Shown here: one piece after another, positions 20,414 through 33,140 of the stretch
Position numbering within the stretch: position 1 is the first letter of the stretch
How the letters are laid out: each line of letters opens with the position of its first letter
From: a virus
IMG/VR virus record: IMGVR_UViG_3300037225_000932
Span: 109,352 to 173,351 of that record
Direction: 5' to 3' (one strand)
DNA: 64,000 nt
The notes under the pieces: generated by a model
The model's input: the letters and a program-made list of their open reading frames with translations, nothing else
What the model was told of the DNA's origin: nothing
Databases searched by the model: none
Translations under genes and position numbers: made by a program

Positions 20414-21547
20414 TTTTATATCTCTTTATTTGTAATAGAGTTATATTTTTCGGGCAAAAAATTATTTAGCAATTAGTGGGACAGTTGTGATTTTGTATTT
20501 AGAAAACTCAAAGGAATTATAGAATGGACTAATGTTAAAATCTTTATAGATAAAACCATATTTATTAATTTGTGCAGCATAATGAGAATTAAAGTGGCAA
20601 ATGAGGAAACTTTCAAAAGCATTATACCATTTTCTGCCTGTTTCTTCATTTTCTTCATTTATTTGTTTACAAGACAATTTCCAAGGATCAATATTTTCTT
20701 TAATATGATCTGGATGAGATTGTCCGGGCTTCATTTTTGGTTTTAGTGGTAATTCTTTACAGGGATCAGGATTATTTTGCTTCCATCTTTTTGCTTCTTC
20801 TTTTAGACCATTAAAAATTAGACTTACTACTTTATCTTTTTCTAAAAGAAAAGCAAGATGATCATTTGCTTCTTGTTCGGTGAGACAAGCAGCAATAGGG
20901 TCTGAAGTAATATAATAATCTTCATCACTGAGCCGACAAACTAAATAAACATTAGACATAGTTAATAAATCCTTTTAAGCCGCTTCAATATCAATTGAAT
21001 TAGCGGCATTAGGGCGAACAACAATTCTATTATTAGCAGAGATAGAGATTGTATTATCTTTCTTAAAAGTCAAAGAAATATCAAGGTATTTTCCGTTGGG
21101 GAAAAGGATCTCAATATGGCCGGAGAAAACATTAAGTTCTTTGCCTTGACCGGGATAGTGAGAATTATCAAAAACCTTAATTTGTCCTGATTTATCTTCC
21201 ATTTCAATTATCCTTTCTATTACATTAGAACTTTAATTTAAATCTCAGGGAAGTGAGCATTCAGAGATATTTTCGATACAAAACTTATTAGGGCAAACAT
21301 TAGAAGAAAGTAAAGAACCGCAAGACGGGCATTCATTGTCGAAAGAAACTCCGCAAGGAAAATCCAAGAAAGTAGTAAAGAAATCTTTCAATGAATTTCT
21401 TATATCTTTTCTATCTTGTTCATCTGAAGGTTCAGGAAGTCCGTCAATAGTAATAGTTTGAGAGCGGATTCCAGCAGCAAGTTCGGCAGGAGTTGTAATA
21501 AAGGCTTTCATAATATAGACTTAGAACTTTATTTAATTTTTCTGGGC

Positions 21548-21752
21548 AAATAAAAATACCTTCAAAGGCGATCACTTAGTTCGTCCTCAAGGGTATGATC
21601 GGAGCCGCTCTATTTGCTCTATCTTTTTATTAAAATTAGAAGTCAGCGAAACCTTTATGGTTCATCTGTTGCCCACCTAGGTTTGGCAGAGCAGGGTGCC
21701 CATAACTATTTCAGGTTTTAGGTTATGCTCGGTTGCCCAGCACTTGACTCCG
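21548..21752 (-). ncRNA. candidate structured RNA M (~200 nt)
   Basis: Promoter 21758; closing ATCGGAG/CTCCGAT; two TGGGCAAC motifs; terminator. Confidence 0.6.
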
Positions 21753-22490
21753 ATGCTTTAGAACTTTATTTTAGATTTCAGGGGGCTTATTGGGATGTTC
21801 TAATAATTCAATTCGGTGACCGAGATAAGGAAAAAGTGTAAAGGTTAAAATAATACCAAGTAATAGTTGTAATAAATATGGTAGCATATTAACAACAAAA
21901 AATACCAATACAATAATTAAATAGCCACCTAATATCCATATTGGCACTACTATTGTCAAACCTAAGAGATTTTGTAGCCATTTTCTTTTTACTTTATCAA
22001 TACAATTAACCATACATTTTGGCAAGAAAAAAGGCCAAAGATAAAAACAAATACAAGGAAAAAGCCAAGTTATTTGTATGAGTGGGTCGCTGATATCTAT
22101 GTTTTTATACATAATTTCTCCTTTTTATTTTTGCGCAAAAAAAGTCCCACCCGTTCTGGTCTCAGGTGGGACACTTCAGGAGGCGATCAACAAGTCGCCG
22201 TTGCGTAATTAACCCTGTATCTCGTAATTCTTTACTCCAAGTTCTCTAAGGTGTTGTCGCAAAATGGCTTCTGTAAGAAAGTCTAATTTACCAAAATAAA
22301 ACAATTGATCTAAAGTGTCTTCTATTTGTCTTATTTCAGTTTTTAATTGGTTTTCTTGTTTCACGTTCATAATATTCTATTAGAACTTTATTATTTTTAT
22401 CAGGGCTTTTATTTTTACGCAAAAAAAATCCCCCTACTCGTCTGGCGAATAGGGGGACGAAAGGAGGTTCGCTAAGGAGCCTCATGAACA

Positions 22491-23090
22491 TCAATCAATA
22501 ATCTGGAAAGTTTCGCCATTCATCGTAATTTGCTGAATACTTTCCAAACCATAAGTCAAGAAGATAATTGGATCATCAGTGCCCTGATTAGCATAATCCG
22601 ACTTCTCAGGAATAAACTTCTCAATATCCTTAAAGTCAATCGGAGTGCCATCATTCTGCCGATATTCGCTTTCAATTGCGCCCTTCAACATAAAGCGAAG
22701 ATAAAACTTACCATTCGTCTTATGCTTACAGAAAGGCGTCAACTTATTATCAACCATTACCGGCTCATGCCAAGAACTTCCTTGCTTAAACTCATCAGCC
22801 GATTTCCCTTCTTTCTCCAAACGCTTCAAAACCGCCTTGTCATAATGAAAGTTCAAAATGCCGTTCACCTTTGCCCACTTCCAAACATTTCCAACAAAAG
22901 GATTGCCAGTCTTTCGCATCTTTGGCTCGGTCTTAGCAACAAAAGTAATAATCGTTGCACCCTTCAAAACCGACAACATATCAAACAAACGCTCCCGGGT
23001 AATTGACTGAACAACCCGAGTATCCAACGGAACCGTAACGAAAGTCGGAAGCCTGGTGACGGGAGTAGTAGAAATAATCGCAGTAGCCAT
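22491..23090 (-). CDS. hypothetical protein
   Basis: 199-aa ORF with RBS, promoter and terminator. Confidence 0.75.
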   Translation of the reverse strand: MATAIISTTPVTRLPTFVTVPLDTRVVQSITRERLFDMLSVLKGATIITFVAKTEPKMRKTGNPFVGNVWKWAKVNGILNFHYDKAVLKRLEKEGKSADEFKQGSSWHEPVMVDNKLTPFCKHKTNGKFYLRFMLKGAIESEYRQNDGTPIDFKDIEKFIPEKSDYANQGTDDPIIFLTYGLESIQQITMNGETFQIID

Positions 23091-23133
23091 CTTCGTTTTT
23101 CCTTTATTAGTGTTAAACGATTAGAACTTTTTA

Positions 23134-24405
23134 TTATTTTTCAGGGCAAAGTAATTGATCTTCATAAACTACAGGGCCATAAAGACCATGCCCCTTCGCC
23201 TCAGTATCAACTAATACAGAAGTTCCATCAGTAAAATGAAAAATCCAACAATTCGCAGAAGAAGTATCAATTGACTTAACAGTCTTACCAACAAAAGCCA
23301 GATTAACGATCTTCTTTTTTTGAGCAGTCATTTTCGTTTTCCTTTTAGTTAGTTTTTCTTTTCTTAACTCAAACATACAAGCTTTATTTACACCATAAAC
23401 AATGCCGCAATTAAAACATTTTCGATCATTACGAATTTCTTCAGGATCGCCATCCCTAGACTTTATTTGTCTAGTCGGTTTATTACAATGACGACAGAGA
23501 AGATGATTAGGTTGTCTTGCCATTTAAGCGTTTATCTCTCTAATTCGCCGTAATTCTCGAACCTTTAGTGAAAGTTTGCCGGCTCGTTCCATCATAGGAT
23601 TAACCTGATGAGTAGACCATTCCAACATATTTCAGATTATCACCAAACTCTTTATTGTATAGAAATTCTATTTCCTTATTATCCATCTTCATAATAATCC
23701 TAAACATACGTTCATTCATTTCTTCACGCGTCTGAGTAGCCATCTTAATTTTTCCTTTATAAATGTTAAACGATTAGAACTTTAATCTAAGTCTCAGGGA
23801 AGAGATTATTTTTGCGCGAAAAATAAAATATTTACTTTTAAACTATAGATAAACTACAGGGCCATAAAAACCATAACCTTTTGCTTCAACATCAAGAATT
23901 ACAGAAGTTTCATCCGTAAAATGAAATGTCCAACAATTCACATAAGAAGTGTCAATTGACTTAATAGTCTTACCAACAAAAGCCAGATTAACAACCTTCT
24001 TTTTTTCTTGAGCAGTCATTTTCATTTTCCTTTCGATTTAGTGTATTTTCTTAGTTTAAACATATCAGATTTAGACATTCCATAAACAATATGACATTTT
24101 GGACAATGACGATCATTACGGATATCTTCAGGATCGCCATCGTGACTACTTAAAGAATAAGTGGGTCCATTACAATGTTGACAGCGAAGATGATCAGGTT
24201 GTCTTGCCATTTAAGCGTTTATCTCCCTAATTCGCCGTAATTCTCGAACCTTTAGTGAAAGTTTGCCGGCTCGTTCCATCATAGGATTAACCTGATGAGT
24301 AGACCATCCCCCAGTTTTACTCTCTTCAACCCAAGAATAAAGTTGCTGGATCTCATCCTCAAGAGCACGAATAGCCTCACCAAGAGCATCATAAATACTT
24401 TTCAT
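23134..24405 (-). repeat. tandem duplication of a three-gene block
   Basis: 23134-23620 repeats 23843-24310; in one copy the MARQP Zn-finger gene and the MTAQ gene are fused. Confidence 0.85.
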
Positions 24406-25044
24406 TTTTATTACTCCTTCTTTGTTAAAATCTTTTATCTTTATTTAATTTTTCTGGGCGAAAAAATATTACTTCTTTTCCGTCTGATACAAGACTTCTT
24501 GAGCGAAAGCAAGTGCAGCGGAAGCAGAAGTGGAATAACCACAAAGAAAATGTTGAGGAGCAGAAGATTTTGCCCCAGTAGTAGGCATCCCTGTCTTTTC
24601 ATCAACATAACAAACATAATAGTTGGTCAAACCACTTTCGAGAATACGGAGAATACAACCAGACATAAATCGCTGTTCTAAACAAACTCGATAATTACAA
24701 ACTGGTGTATTATTCTTTTTTTCTTTTGCCTCATTTAAACTATCAATCGTTGAATAACCATATAAAGCAGTCAATGCTTCATCTAAAGTTTTAAACCAAT
24801 GAGCCCAAGATCTCCATTTGTTTTCGGGATGAAAATAAGAAAACACATCGAAATTACTTTTCTTCATAATATAATACTGAAAATTCACGCAATCATTAAG
24901 ATTGTATGCCTTCTTCGGCCCGGAAATAGTGACGTTTTCTCCACCAAATTTAAATTCCATCTTAAATCCAACAGAGCTGTTCATTGTAAATTTCCTTTGT
25001 GAATTATAGATTTACATTTTTATTTAAGTTTTCAGGGTAAATAT

Positions 25045-25306
25045 ATCTATAAACAGAGACACCCTTAAATATTTCATCTTCCTACCAGAAGATTACTTAT
25101 TAAGGGTGTGGTAGTAGAAAATCCTTTTTCGAGCATCATGGGGGACTCGAACCTACCCATTACCCGGTTTAAACCCGGGTCTCCGACCATTAGAGGAACG
25201 ATACCAAAAAGATTTTCTATCTCTGTGCCTAAGATTACTTTGTTGTCCCATCATATTTTCGGGATCATAAACATTTCATCATCGGCTATTCTAATACTAG
25301 TTTAAC
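25045..25306 (-). ncRNA. family-1 RNA K2 with embedded tRNA-like domain (25131-25205)
   Basis: Promoter 25313; P1 ACAGAGA/TCTCTGT; GGTTCGAGTCC T-loop; pseudoknot CTACCA/TGGTAG; 3' CTGTTTATAGA. Confidence 0.75.
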
Positions 25307-25651
25307 AATCTCTTAGAACTTTTAACTATTTTTCGGGGCAGATTTTTCCATTTCCCTAATTTTATCGTAAAGACACTGAAAAAAATTCATAACACTAACG
25401 TGGGTTTCACCTTCCTTTATATGTCTTTCAATCCTAATCATACCAAAGCTAGAAGCATAATCGACAAACTCTAAAAAGAAAAGATCATCTTCCTTTCTTA
25501 GATAAAGAGTATATCCATAAAGATCATGGTTATCATCTGTGTCTCTAAAGTTCTTAAAATATACTCCATCAAATCTCTGATCAAAGCCATCCCCCTTAGC
25601 AGTTTCAAGAGAAAATGAAACAAAATCAGCGATCATTTTAATTGTCCTTTT

Positions 25652-26029
25652 TTAGTGCTCGCTTGGCAGAAGCAAAACATACCGATCGCCCGACCCCTCA
25701 ACATACAACTTGATACTATTCAAAGGAAAATCAGAATATTCAATTTCCTGCGAAACAACAGGAGTTTCACCAGTATCAGCCCGACAAGTCAATAACCAAG
25801 TATTATTAGGCTGCTTGGTCAACTCCCAAAGTTGAAACCAATCTAACTTCTTTTGAGCGGTCTTTTGGTGACTGGCAATCGCGTCAATTAGCCAATATGC
25901 CCCAGCATTTTCGGCTAAAACCTTAATGCCATCAGTGTAAACAAAATTACGACAAAAAGAATGACGATAATAATGTTCAGTGCAATTACAGTAGGCTAAA
26001 AGATTTTGAAGTTCAGTAGCAGAAATCAT
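25652..26029 (-). CDS. DUF6876-family protein
   Basis: YTDGIKVLAENAGAYWLIDAIASHQ and QEIEYSDFPL motifs. Confidence 0.75.
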   Translation of the reverse strand: MISATELQNLLAYCNCTEHYYRHSFCRNFVYTDGIKVLAENAGAYWLIDAIASHQKTAQKKLDWFQLWELTKQPNNTWLLTCRADTGETPVVSQEIEYSDFPLNSIKLYVEGSGDRYVLLLPSEH

Positions 26030-26350
26030 TTGAGTGTCCTTTTAGTAATGCTCTTTTAGAAATTTAATTTATCTATCAGGGAGAAATGTGGAATAAACGA
26101 TTTTCAATTTTCTTATCTAAAAACAACCAAAGTATTCCACCAGGCTCGCCATCAGAATTAGGCTCAAATTGAGCCTTGACAATTCTACTATCATAGGTAT
26201 TAACATCTTGAATACAAACAGCCGTTATAATGTCAGTATTAGGAACAACAGAGTTAATATCATTAATAGTTAATCCGCGTTTCTTACTAATAGTGAACTT
26301 GTTTTTCTTAATAATAGATCTCATTTTTTTACTTTCAAGAAAAAAATAAA

Positions 26351-26424
26351 TTGGCCCGGCTGGATTCAAACCAGCGACCCGACCGCTATAAACGATCCGC
26401 TCTGATCAACTGAGCTACGGGCCA
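26351..26424 (-). tRNA. tRNA-Ile(UAU)
   Basis: Cloverleaf; anticodon loop TTTATAG; T-loop TTTGAAT; no encoded CCA. Confidence 0.8.
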
Positions 26425-26489
26425 GTAAACATTATTATATTACAACTTTCTATTACTTTTCAGGGCAAAAATATCCGATATACTACAAC

Positions 26490-27017
26490 ATGAAAATTAT
26501 TAAATGTTTACAATGTTCAAAAGAGTTTAATGTGGAAAATTATTGTAATCGTAAGTTCTGCTCAATGTCGTGTGCTGGACAATATAATAATTTAGGACGT
26601 AATAAAAAAACAATTAAATGTAAAAATTGTGACACTTTAATTATTTCAGGAAGAACTTATTGTCCAAATTGTATTAAACAATATAAACATATTACAAATC
26701 GTATAGATAGTGATAGAACTCTTGCTGAGATGTGTAGCTATAAAAAAATGGACGCTAATAGATTTAATTCTATCAGAGAACACGCATCAAGAATTCTTAA
26801 AAGTAAAGGAAAACCATGTGAAAGATGCGGATATTCCATACACGTTCAAGTTTGTCATATAAAACCTATAAGTCAATTTCCAAAAACCGCATTATTATCA
26901 GAAATAAACGCCTTATCTAATTTAATTTTATTATGCCCTAATTGCCATTGGGAATTTGATCATGGTATTATTACTTTAGAACAAATTAGAAAATCATTAA
27001 CAGACGATCTTCTTTAA
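26490..27017 (+). CDS. HNH endonuclease with N-terminal Zn fingers (free-standing, in tRNA region)
   Basis: CERCG..HVQVCHIKP..NLILLCPNCHWEFD. Confidence 0.85.
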   Translation: MKIIKCLQCSKEFNVENYCNRKFCSMSCAGQYNNLGRNKKTIKCKNCDTLIISGRTYCPNCIKQYKHITNRIDSDRTLAEMCSYKKMDANRFNSIREHASRILKSKGKPCERCGYSIHVQVCHIKPISQFPKTALLSEINALSNLILLCPNCHWEFDHGIITLEQIRKSLTDDLL

Positions 27018-27559
27018 CCCTTTAATGAGAGGGAATAAACGGGGCTTCAACGCCACAAAGCCTCAAAATCCAACAAACTAGAGCGCAGGGAATTGCGAAT
27101 TGACCCAGAAATAGACCGCAAATAGCATCAGCATACCAAGGGATTTCTTTACCTAAAATTGAGAATAAACTATAAGCGAAACAAAGACCGCCAATAGTCA
27201 CATTCAAAATCAAAATCATAACGAAACAACCGCAATAACCAAAACAAGCACTGGCCGCTTCTGAACCATTTAATTTACTCATTTTTATTTCGTCCTTTAT
27301 ATTATTAAGTGTTTAGATTAGTAAATTATTTTTTTAGGAGAGAAGTTAGTAATTGGTATTATATTTCTTATTTACTTTATCTACTATATTTTTGTCTTTT
27401 TTTCTTGCTATTTCATTTTCTACTTCGCCATAACAATTCATACATAAAAGATCACATTTTGCCCACTCTTTTTCTATTTCTTCTAAACTTCTTGACCATA
27501 ATTGGTCTAAAGATAAACCGAATAATTTTTTATCTTTTTCTCTAAGATAAAAACTTTAA

Positions 27560-27632
27560 TGGGACCGGAGGGAGTCGAACCCTCGACCAATAGCTTAAAA
27601 GGCTACTGCTCTACCTACTGAGCTACAGTCCC
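27560..27632 (-). tRNA. tRNA-Lys(UUU)
   Basis: Canonical cloverleaf; loop CTTTTAA; GGTTCGACTCC. Confidence 0.92.
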
Positions 27633-27635
27633 AAA

Positions 27636-27750
27636 GCGCTTACCTGTAAGATGATTTTACGCTCAACTATTGCAAATCATTGAGGATATTGTAGATTGCT
27701 ATTTCTACACTTTTCGTCAAATCATTTAGGCTCTCCTTGGGTAAGCTATT
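27636..27750 (-). ncRNA. structured leader RNA co-transcribed with tRNA-Lys
   Basis: Promoter 27754; GCTTACC/GGTAAGC closing stem; two internal hairpins. Confidence 0.5.
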
Positions 27751-28164
27751 CTCTTAGAACTTTATTTACTTTTTCAGGGGTTTAACTACATCAATCTTAG
27801 ACCAATTCATTTTCTCTTTCATTTTTACCACTTTATAGAAGTCAAGAGGTGAAAGTTTCTCAGTGATAAATAACTTTTCATTTTCCGTTTTCATTTTAAC
27901 GTTTTCCATTTTTGTTATTTTCCTTACATTCTCTTAGAACTTTATTTACTTTTTCAGGGAAAAGTTGTTTTCTTATTGATCTGGAGCTTTCTTAAAATCA
28001 TCAGGCAAACCGGCATCTCTTAATTCTTGACGAATTAATTGGTCAATATCTATAGTTATCGCTTTTTCTTCCCAATGGCTTATATCACACAAGCCTAAAA
28101 CATTCTTTACTATTTTTTAGTCAATTTCTCAACAAAATCTTCTTCCATAAATCACCTTTTTGCG

Positions 28165-28232
28165 AAAAAAAAGAAAAAGTCTAGCAGATTGGGTTCCTAT
28201 CGAGCCGATAAACGGCACCAGACTATTTCTTA
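28165..28232 (-). ncRNA. candidate ~65-nt three-way-junction RNA / terminator
   Basis: Promoter 28238 lies inside the upstream gene end; AGTCTGG/CTAGACT stem plus U run. Confidence 0.35.
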
Positions 28233-30969
28233 TTAACTTAGAACTTTCTTAAAATGTTCAGGGAGGCCAGCATTTTTTAATTCTTCTCGTATTGTTCGAG
28301 CCATATCTTCTCGCATTTGACAATATCCTCTCCAACTAAAATCAAGACCATGATCCTGAAGTTTATGTCTAACTACATTATCGCAAAGACATTCAGATAA
28401 AGCCTCAGCGAAATCTTTATCTTCCATTTTATTTATCCTCTTTCTCAAGGTTTTCTTTCAGTTTCATATTATCAGCTTTATTTTTTAGATTATACAAGCA
28501 ATTTTTAGTGCCATTAACAAATCGGCCCTTTTTGCCTCCATGTAATTTAGAAGGTCTATTTCTATCTCTTTCTTGGTGTTTAAGGCTTTTTACTTTTTGT
28601 TTTTCAGGTCTACTCTCATTCCACTTATCAAAGGTTGGATTACCGAGTGTCCAACCCTTTTCTTTATCAACGTGTCTACGGGTATCACTCATGTTTTTTA
28701 TTATCCAATTTAATAGCAAAAAATACCTTTTTCTATTTCTCTTAGAGCTTTATCCATTCCGTCTCTAAGATAAGTAAGAGTGTCACACAGGGCGTCACGA
28801 TCATCGCCTGGAATATTATCATGATAATTATTAAAAAATGATAAGTTTACTTTAGCTAATTCTATTTGTTTTTCAACAGCAGAAATAGCATTACGACAAT
28901 GTTTTTCAACCTCCGACGATAACATTTTACCTATCCTTTATTTGTTGCTTCAATTTCTTTTTGTTGTTTTTCAGTAGGAATACGATAATCAGTGACAACA
29001 GAATTAACTAATCCGCACTTATTACATCGCCTATGTTGAACCTTATCGCAAAAGGCGAAAGGTTCAGGAGTTGACCATTTTGACCAATTATGGAAAAACC
29101 AACATTTCATTTTATTATTCCTTAAAGGGAAACAGGAACCTTTCCCAGCAAATCGACCAGCATATTGATAAAATCAATTTCGTAAGTTTCCTTGCTATAC
29201 ATATCCCAGAGGCCAGATTGATATCTACGATAAGACAAGATGCCTCCCTTGACGCACCAATAGCCAATACCTGTCTTGCCTCCTGGGGGTCCACCTTCAT
29301 CGGCGGGAGCGGGGATAAACTTATGGGGAGGATGAGCATCTAATTTAGCACTAAATTCTTCTTGCTTCTTATGACGATCATCGGCCATCTTATTAATTAC
29401 ATCGCACCAACCCATATAATCGCTCATAGTCTTATCAGGATCAGGATACTTGTCTGGAACGTCCTTTTCAATCTTCTTAGCCATTTTTTTTGTTCCTTTT
29501 GTTGCTATTTTAGAACTTTATTATATTTATCAGGGCAAAATAATTTCAATTTCATCTACAGCAACGAAAATATGACCAGCTAAATGGGCGGCATCAAGAT
29601 TAATTCTAATAGGAGTATGATATCCTTCTGAACAAACATCATCAATCTTGCCAGTTTCGCCGATAAATTCTTGTCCTAAATCGGTTAGATGACCTCTCTT
29701 TATCCTAATCCTATCTCCGATTTCAAGTAAAACTCCTTTTCCATCAATAATCTTCATATATTTATTCCTTTTGTTTTATTGTTTTGAGATATCCAATTGG
29801 TTCTAATTATTCACCATTAGCAGCATCAATCCAACCATCGTTCCATTGCCTCCACTCTTCAGTTTCCTTTTGATAAGGATTTTGAGTTCGTCGCTTATCC
29901 TCACCAAAAGCATTATAGCCTTGTTCATACGCATTGTCCATTACTACTTACTCCAAAAAAATGTTAAAAATCTCTTTTCTTACTATCTTTAGAACTTTAT
30001 ATTTTCTTCGCAGGGAGGAAATTACTTATATTTCTCGTTTAGGTTTTTCTCCAACCTTAATCATAATAACACTCCAAAGAAGCCAAATATACCAGGGAGA
30101 CCCAAACCAATAATAATCGCCAACACAACAAGAGAAATAATCATTTTATTTTTCCTTTATGTTAGATTTTTTTTCGCAAAAAAAATTAAAGTCCTTTTCT
30201 TACCGTTCTAATGCTATTTTAATGAAAGCAGCACAGGCAATTAAGAAACTATCGTGAAAATTGCTTTCATTAGAAGTAAGAGGATATCCATCTGCTCCAT
30301 CTACATATCCAGCATAATACTTTGTTGGACTTACTTCTAATATTCGAAGAATAGTGGAAGCCGTTTGATGCTCCCCACAAATCCGATAATTACAAGCATA
30401 CTTAATTGGCTTCTTTGCCTTTTGGATTTTTTCATTTTCCTTATTAATAACTTCTCTTGCCTGCTCAAAACTATCAAAGTAATAAATGTCTTTCGTCCAC
30501 TTTCCATCCTTATTCATAAACTCCATCTTATAAGGATCTCGATAAACGTGAACCTGATAGTTAAGGAAAGTATTTTCTCTTCCATGAAACCTTCCCACCG
30601 AACCAGAGAGAAAAACAAGCTTTCCGTCTAATGCAACATTATATTCTTTTTGAACGGTCTCATTATGACCAAAAAGAGCCCTACAAACTTCATTTACAGA
30701 ATTAAACCAGTGAGCCCCGGCTGGCTGCCATTTTCCGTTAAAAGTAAGATAGTAAATATAGCCATCTATTTTCTTCCAACCATAATACTTGTAATTATTC
30801 TCTTCAGAAGCATATTCAAAGGGAGTGTCAATACCGGCAATATGAACCGTTTGACCATCAAATTCAAAAGACACATCAAATCCGACAGAGCTTTCACGTG
30901 TCATTTTAGTATTCCTTATGTTTAATATCTTAGAACTTTTATGCTTTTCTCAGGGGAAAATTATTAGTT

Positions 30970-31740
30970 TTATTTCCATATCATATCAAATACTTTTACT
31001 AATAAATCAGTTGCTTCTTTATCATCAACTCTATCCGGCAAAACAGAAGTGTCTAAAACTTCTTTAAGTCTTTCTAATCCTTTACCAATATCATCTACGC
31101 ACTTTTGTGTATCATTCTTATCATAAGTAATACCATTTCTAATATTCAAAAGATTTTGAATATCTGGCCGTGGAAAAGTAATTTTGCCAGTTTTTAACAA
31201 TTCTAAACCTTGAGCCGCAATTCTAAAGGCGTGCATTGCGAACTTCGTATCAAAACCCTTTTCTTCAGTAATGTATCGTCGTCCAGTTTTATTACTCTGT
31301 TTAATTAAAAGTTTATTCATTTGAGAATGTGAAAATCCGTCAAAAGAAAAATAAACTTTACGACTTAAAAGTTTTAATCCTCTTTCTCTTAACAAATTCC
31401 ACAAAACATTTTGAAAAACAATACAATTATCTGGAACAAAAAGAGTTTCAATGACATTAGGATTACAGCCATAAATGAGTTTAACCCATTTTCTAACATC
31501 ATAGAAATTGACTTCTGAATTAAATTGTTCAAATCGTTTTTGCCAACAATCAGGAATCTCACCAGTTATCCATTTGGAGCGTGGTGAATAATAAATTAAA
31601 ACATAATCATGATCACTTGTCGGAAGTGAAGTTCCATACATTTGAGAACCAGAAGTATGAAAAAGAAGAATATTATTTAATATCCATTCTTGTCCATCAG
31701 AAATTAGTCTATCAGTTAGACTTTTAATAGTTAGAGGCAT
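30970..31740 (-). CDS. predicted nucleotidyltransferase (Nuc-transf/RlaP-like)
   Basis: GSQMYGTSLPTSDHD, CNPNVIETL, FDTKFAMHAFR motifs. Confidence 0.85.
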   Translation of the reverse strand: MPLTIKSLTDRLISDGQEWILNNILLFHTSGSQMYGTSLPTSDHDYVLIYYSPRSKWITGEIPDCWQKRFEQFNSEVNFYDVRKWVKLIYGCNPNVIETLFVPDNCIVFQNVLWNLLRERGLKLLSRKVYFSFDGFSHSQMNKLLIKQSNKTGRRYITEEKGFDTKFAMHAFRIAAQGLELLKTGKITFPRPDIQNLLNIRNGITYDKNDTQKCVDDIGKGLERLKEVLDTSVLPDRVDDKEATDLLVKVFDMIWK

Positions 31741-32067
31741 TTTTACATTTCACTTTTAATGCGAAATATTTTTTTCGCAAAATAAAAATCTAATTTACGC
31801 TGCATAAAATGGAAGCTTTTTATCGCTTTTTGAAAATCGACAAGGTTTCCAGCTTTGATCGGCTCCCTCAATGAAAAAGCGATTACTACTATCTCTTCCG
31901 GTAATAAGTAGTGCCTTATTCTTTCTGCCGTTAGGATCTCTAATGACAACAATATAACAATTGGCATAAGACTGTAATGGAAGCGGGCTATAAACACCAG
32001 GAAGTTCCATTATTTTTTTCCAAGTAAGAGTTGTTTGTTCAGAAGGTGTCATAATTTACTCTAAAAG

Positions 32068-32139
32068 TATCCCGTAGGAGGCTCGAACTCCTGTTTTCGG
32101 CGTGAAGGGCCAATATCCTAGCCACTAGATGAACGGGAC
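32068..32139 (-). tRNA. tRNA-Glu(UUC), with C at position 33
   Basis: Cloverleaf; anticodon loop CCTTCAC; T-arm AGGAG-TTCGAGC-CTCCT. Confidence 0.85.
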
Positions 32140-33140
32140 TTTTCTATTGTCTTTATATCTTTAAGTAAAAATTCGGGGCAAAAATAAAAACTCTTTTTAC
32201 ACATTCGATCCAACGCAAAACATTGGACTATCAGCAAATTCGTTATTTTCATAACTCTTTAGTGCTTCTAATCGAACAGAATGAGGAATACAAGCCCAAC
32301 GAATAAGCTTGCCATCTGGATTGATTTTAACTGAACCTACTTTACGGGCAGAATTAGTGCCGACCATAAGCATAATAGTTCCGGTAATTGAACAGTCTCT
32401 TTGTTCTTGGCCTACTTCAAAGAAATATTCATTACCCTTATATTTCCAAGCATTAGATGATCCATTAGGATCGGTGATAGCTTTTAAGATTTTATCTTGA
32501 CAACGAGAAGCAGCACAAGTGCATGAGTAACCCATTTTATTATCCTTTATATTTTTTAGATTTAATTAAAGACCAACTATCTATTCCAATCTCTCTTTTA
32601 TTCAACCATAAAAAAGAACATAACAAATATCATTCAAGGTTTTAGTTAGTCCGTTTTTCCAAATGCCTAGAAATGCTTTGCCCATCATAATACAAATCAA
32701 AAAACATAGAACTAAACTCAGAAACAAAAGTAAAAAAATAGCAAAATAATAAAAGAGCCATCCAACAGAAACGAGTAGTGCAAGAGAAAATATTCCCACA
32801 AGAAACTCTTTTGACGTATTAGTGAAATTTTTCGCAATATTCATTTTATTATCCTTTATCATTCAGAAGGTAATTCAAAAGGTAATTCTTTTTCAATAAG
32901 AAAACATTGTGTTTTAAGATCTTCAATTCGCCGAAGGAAATCTTTCATTTCAGGATTATCGGATAGTCCCTCATAATTAGCAAGATTAAATCTGGCAAGG
33001 TTAATAAGTTTTCTTGCCTCAAAAAGAGTATGTCTGGTTGAAATTTTAAGGTCTTTAAGGTATTCAAGGTCTTTCATTTTACTTACTCTTTTTAGTAATA
33101 TAGATTTATATCTTTATTATTACTTTTCAGGGCGAAAAAA

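Noticed and set aside
21600-21745. HDV-like ribozyme suggested by UGGGCAACA
   Set aside because: P1, P2 and L3 cannot be assembled in the required order.
25131-25205. Ochre suppressor tRNA (UUA at the loop centre)
   Set aside because: G32, an irregular T stem, an acceptor embedded in a larger RNA, and paralog K1 has a 9-nt loop; TAA is the main stop codon here.
7643-25305. Track ORFs over RNA cassettes (7643..7858, 8764..9009, 10977..11195, 25108..25305)
   Set aside because: They have non-ATG starts and no RBS, run through promoters or terminators or lie antisense, and overlap strong RNA structure.
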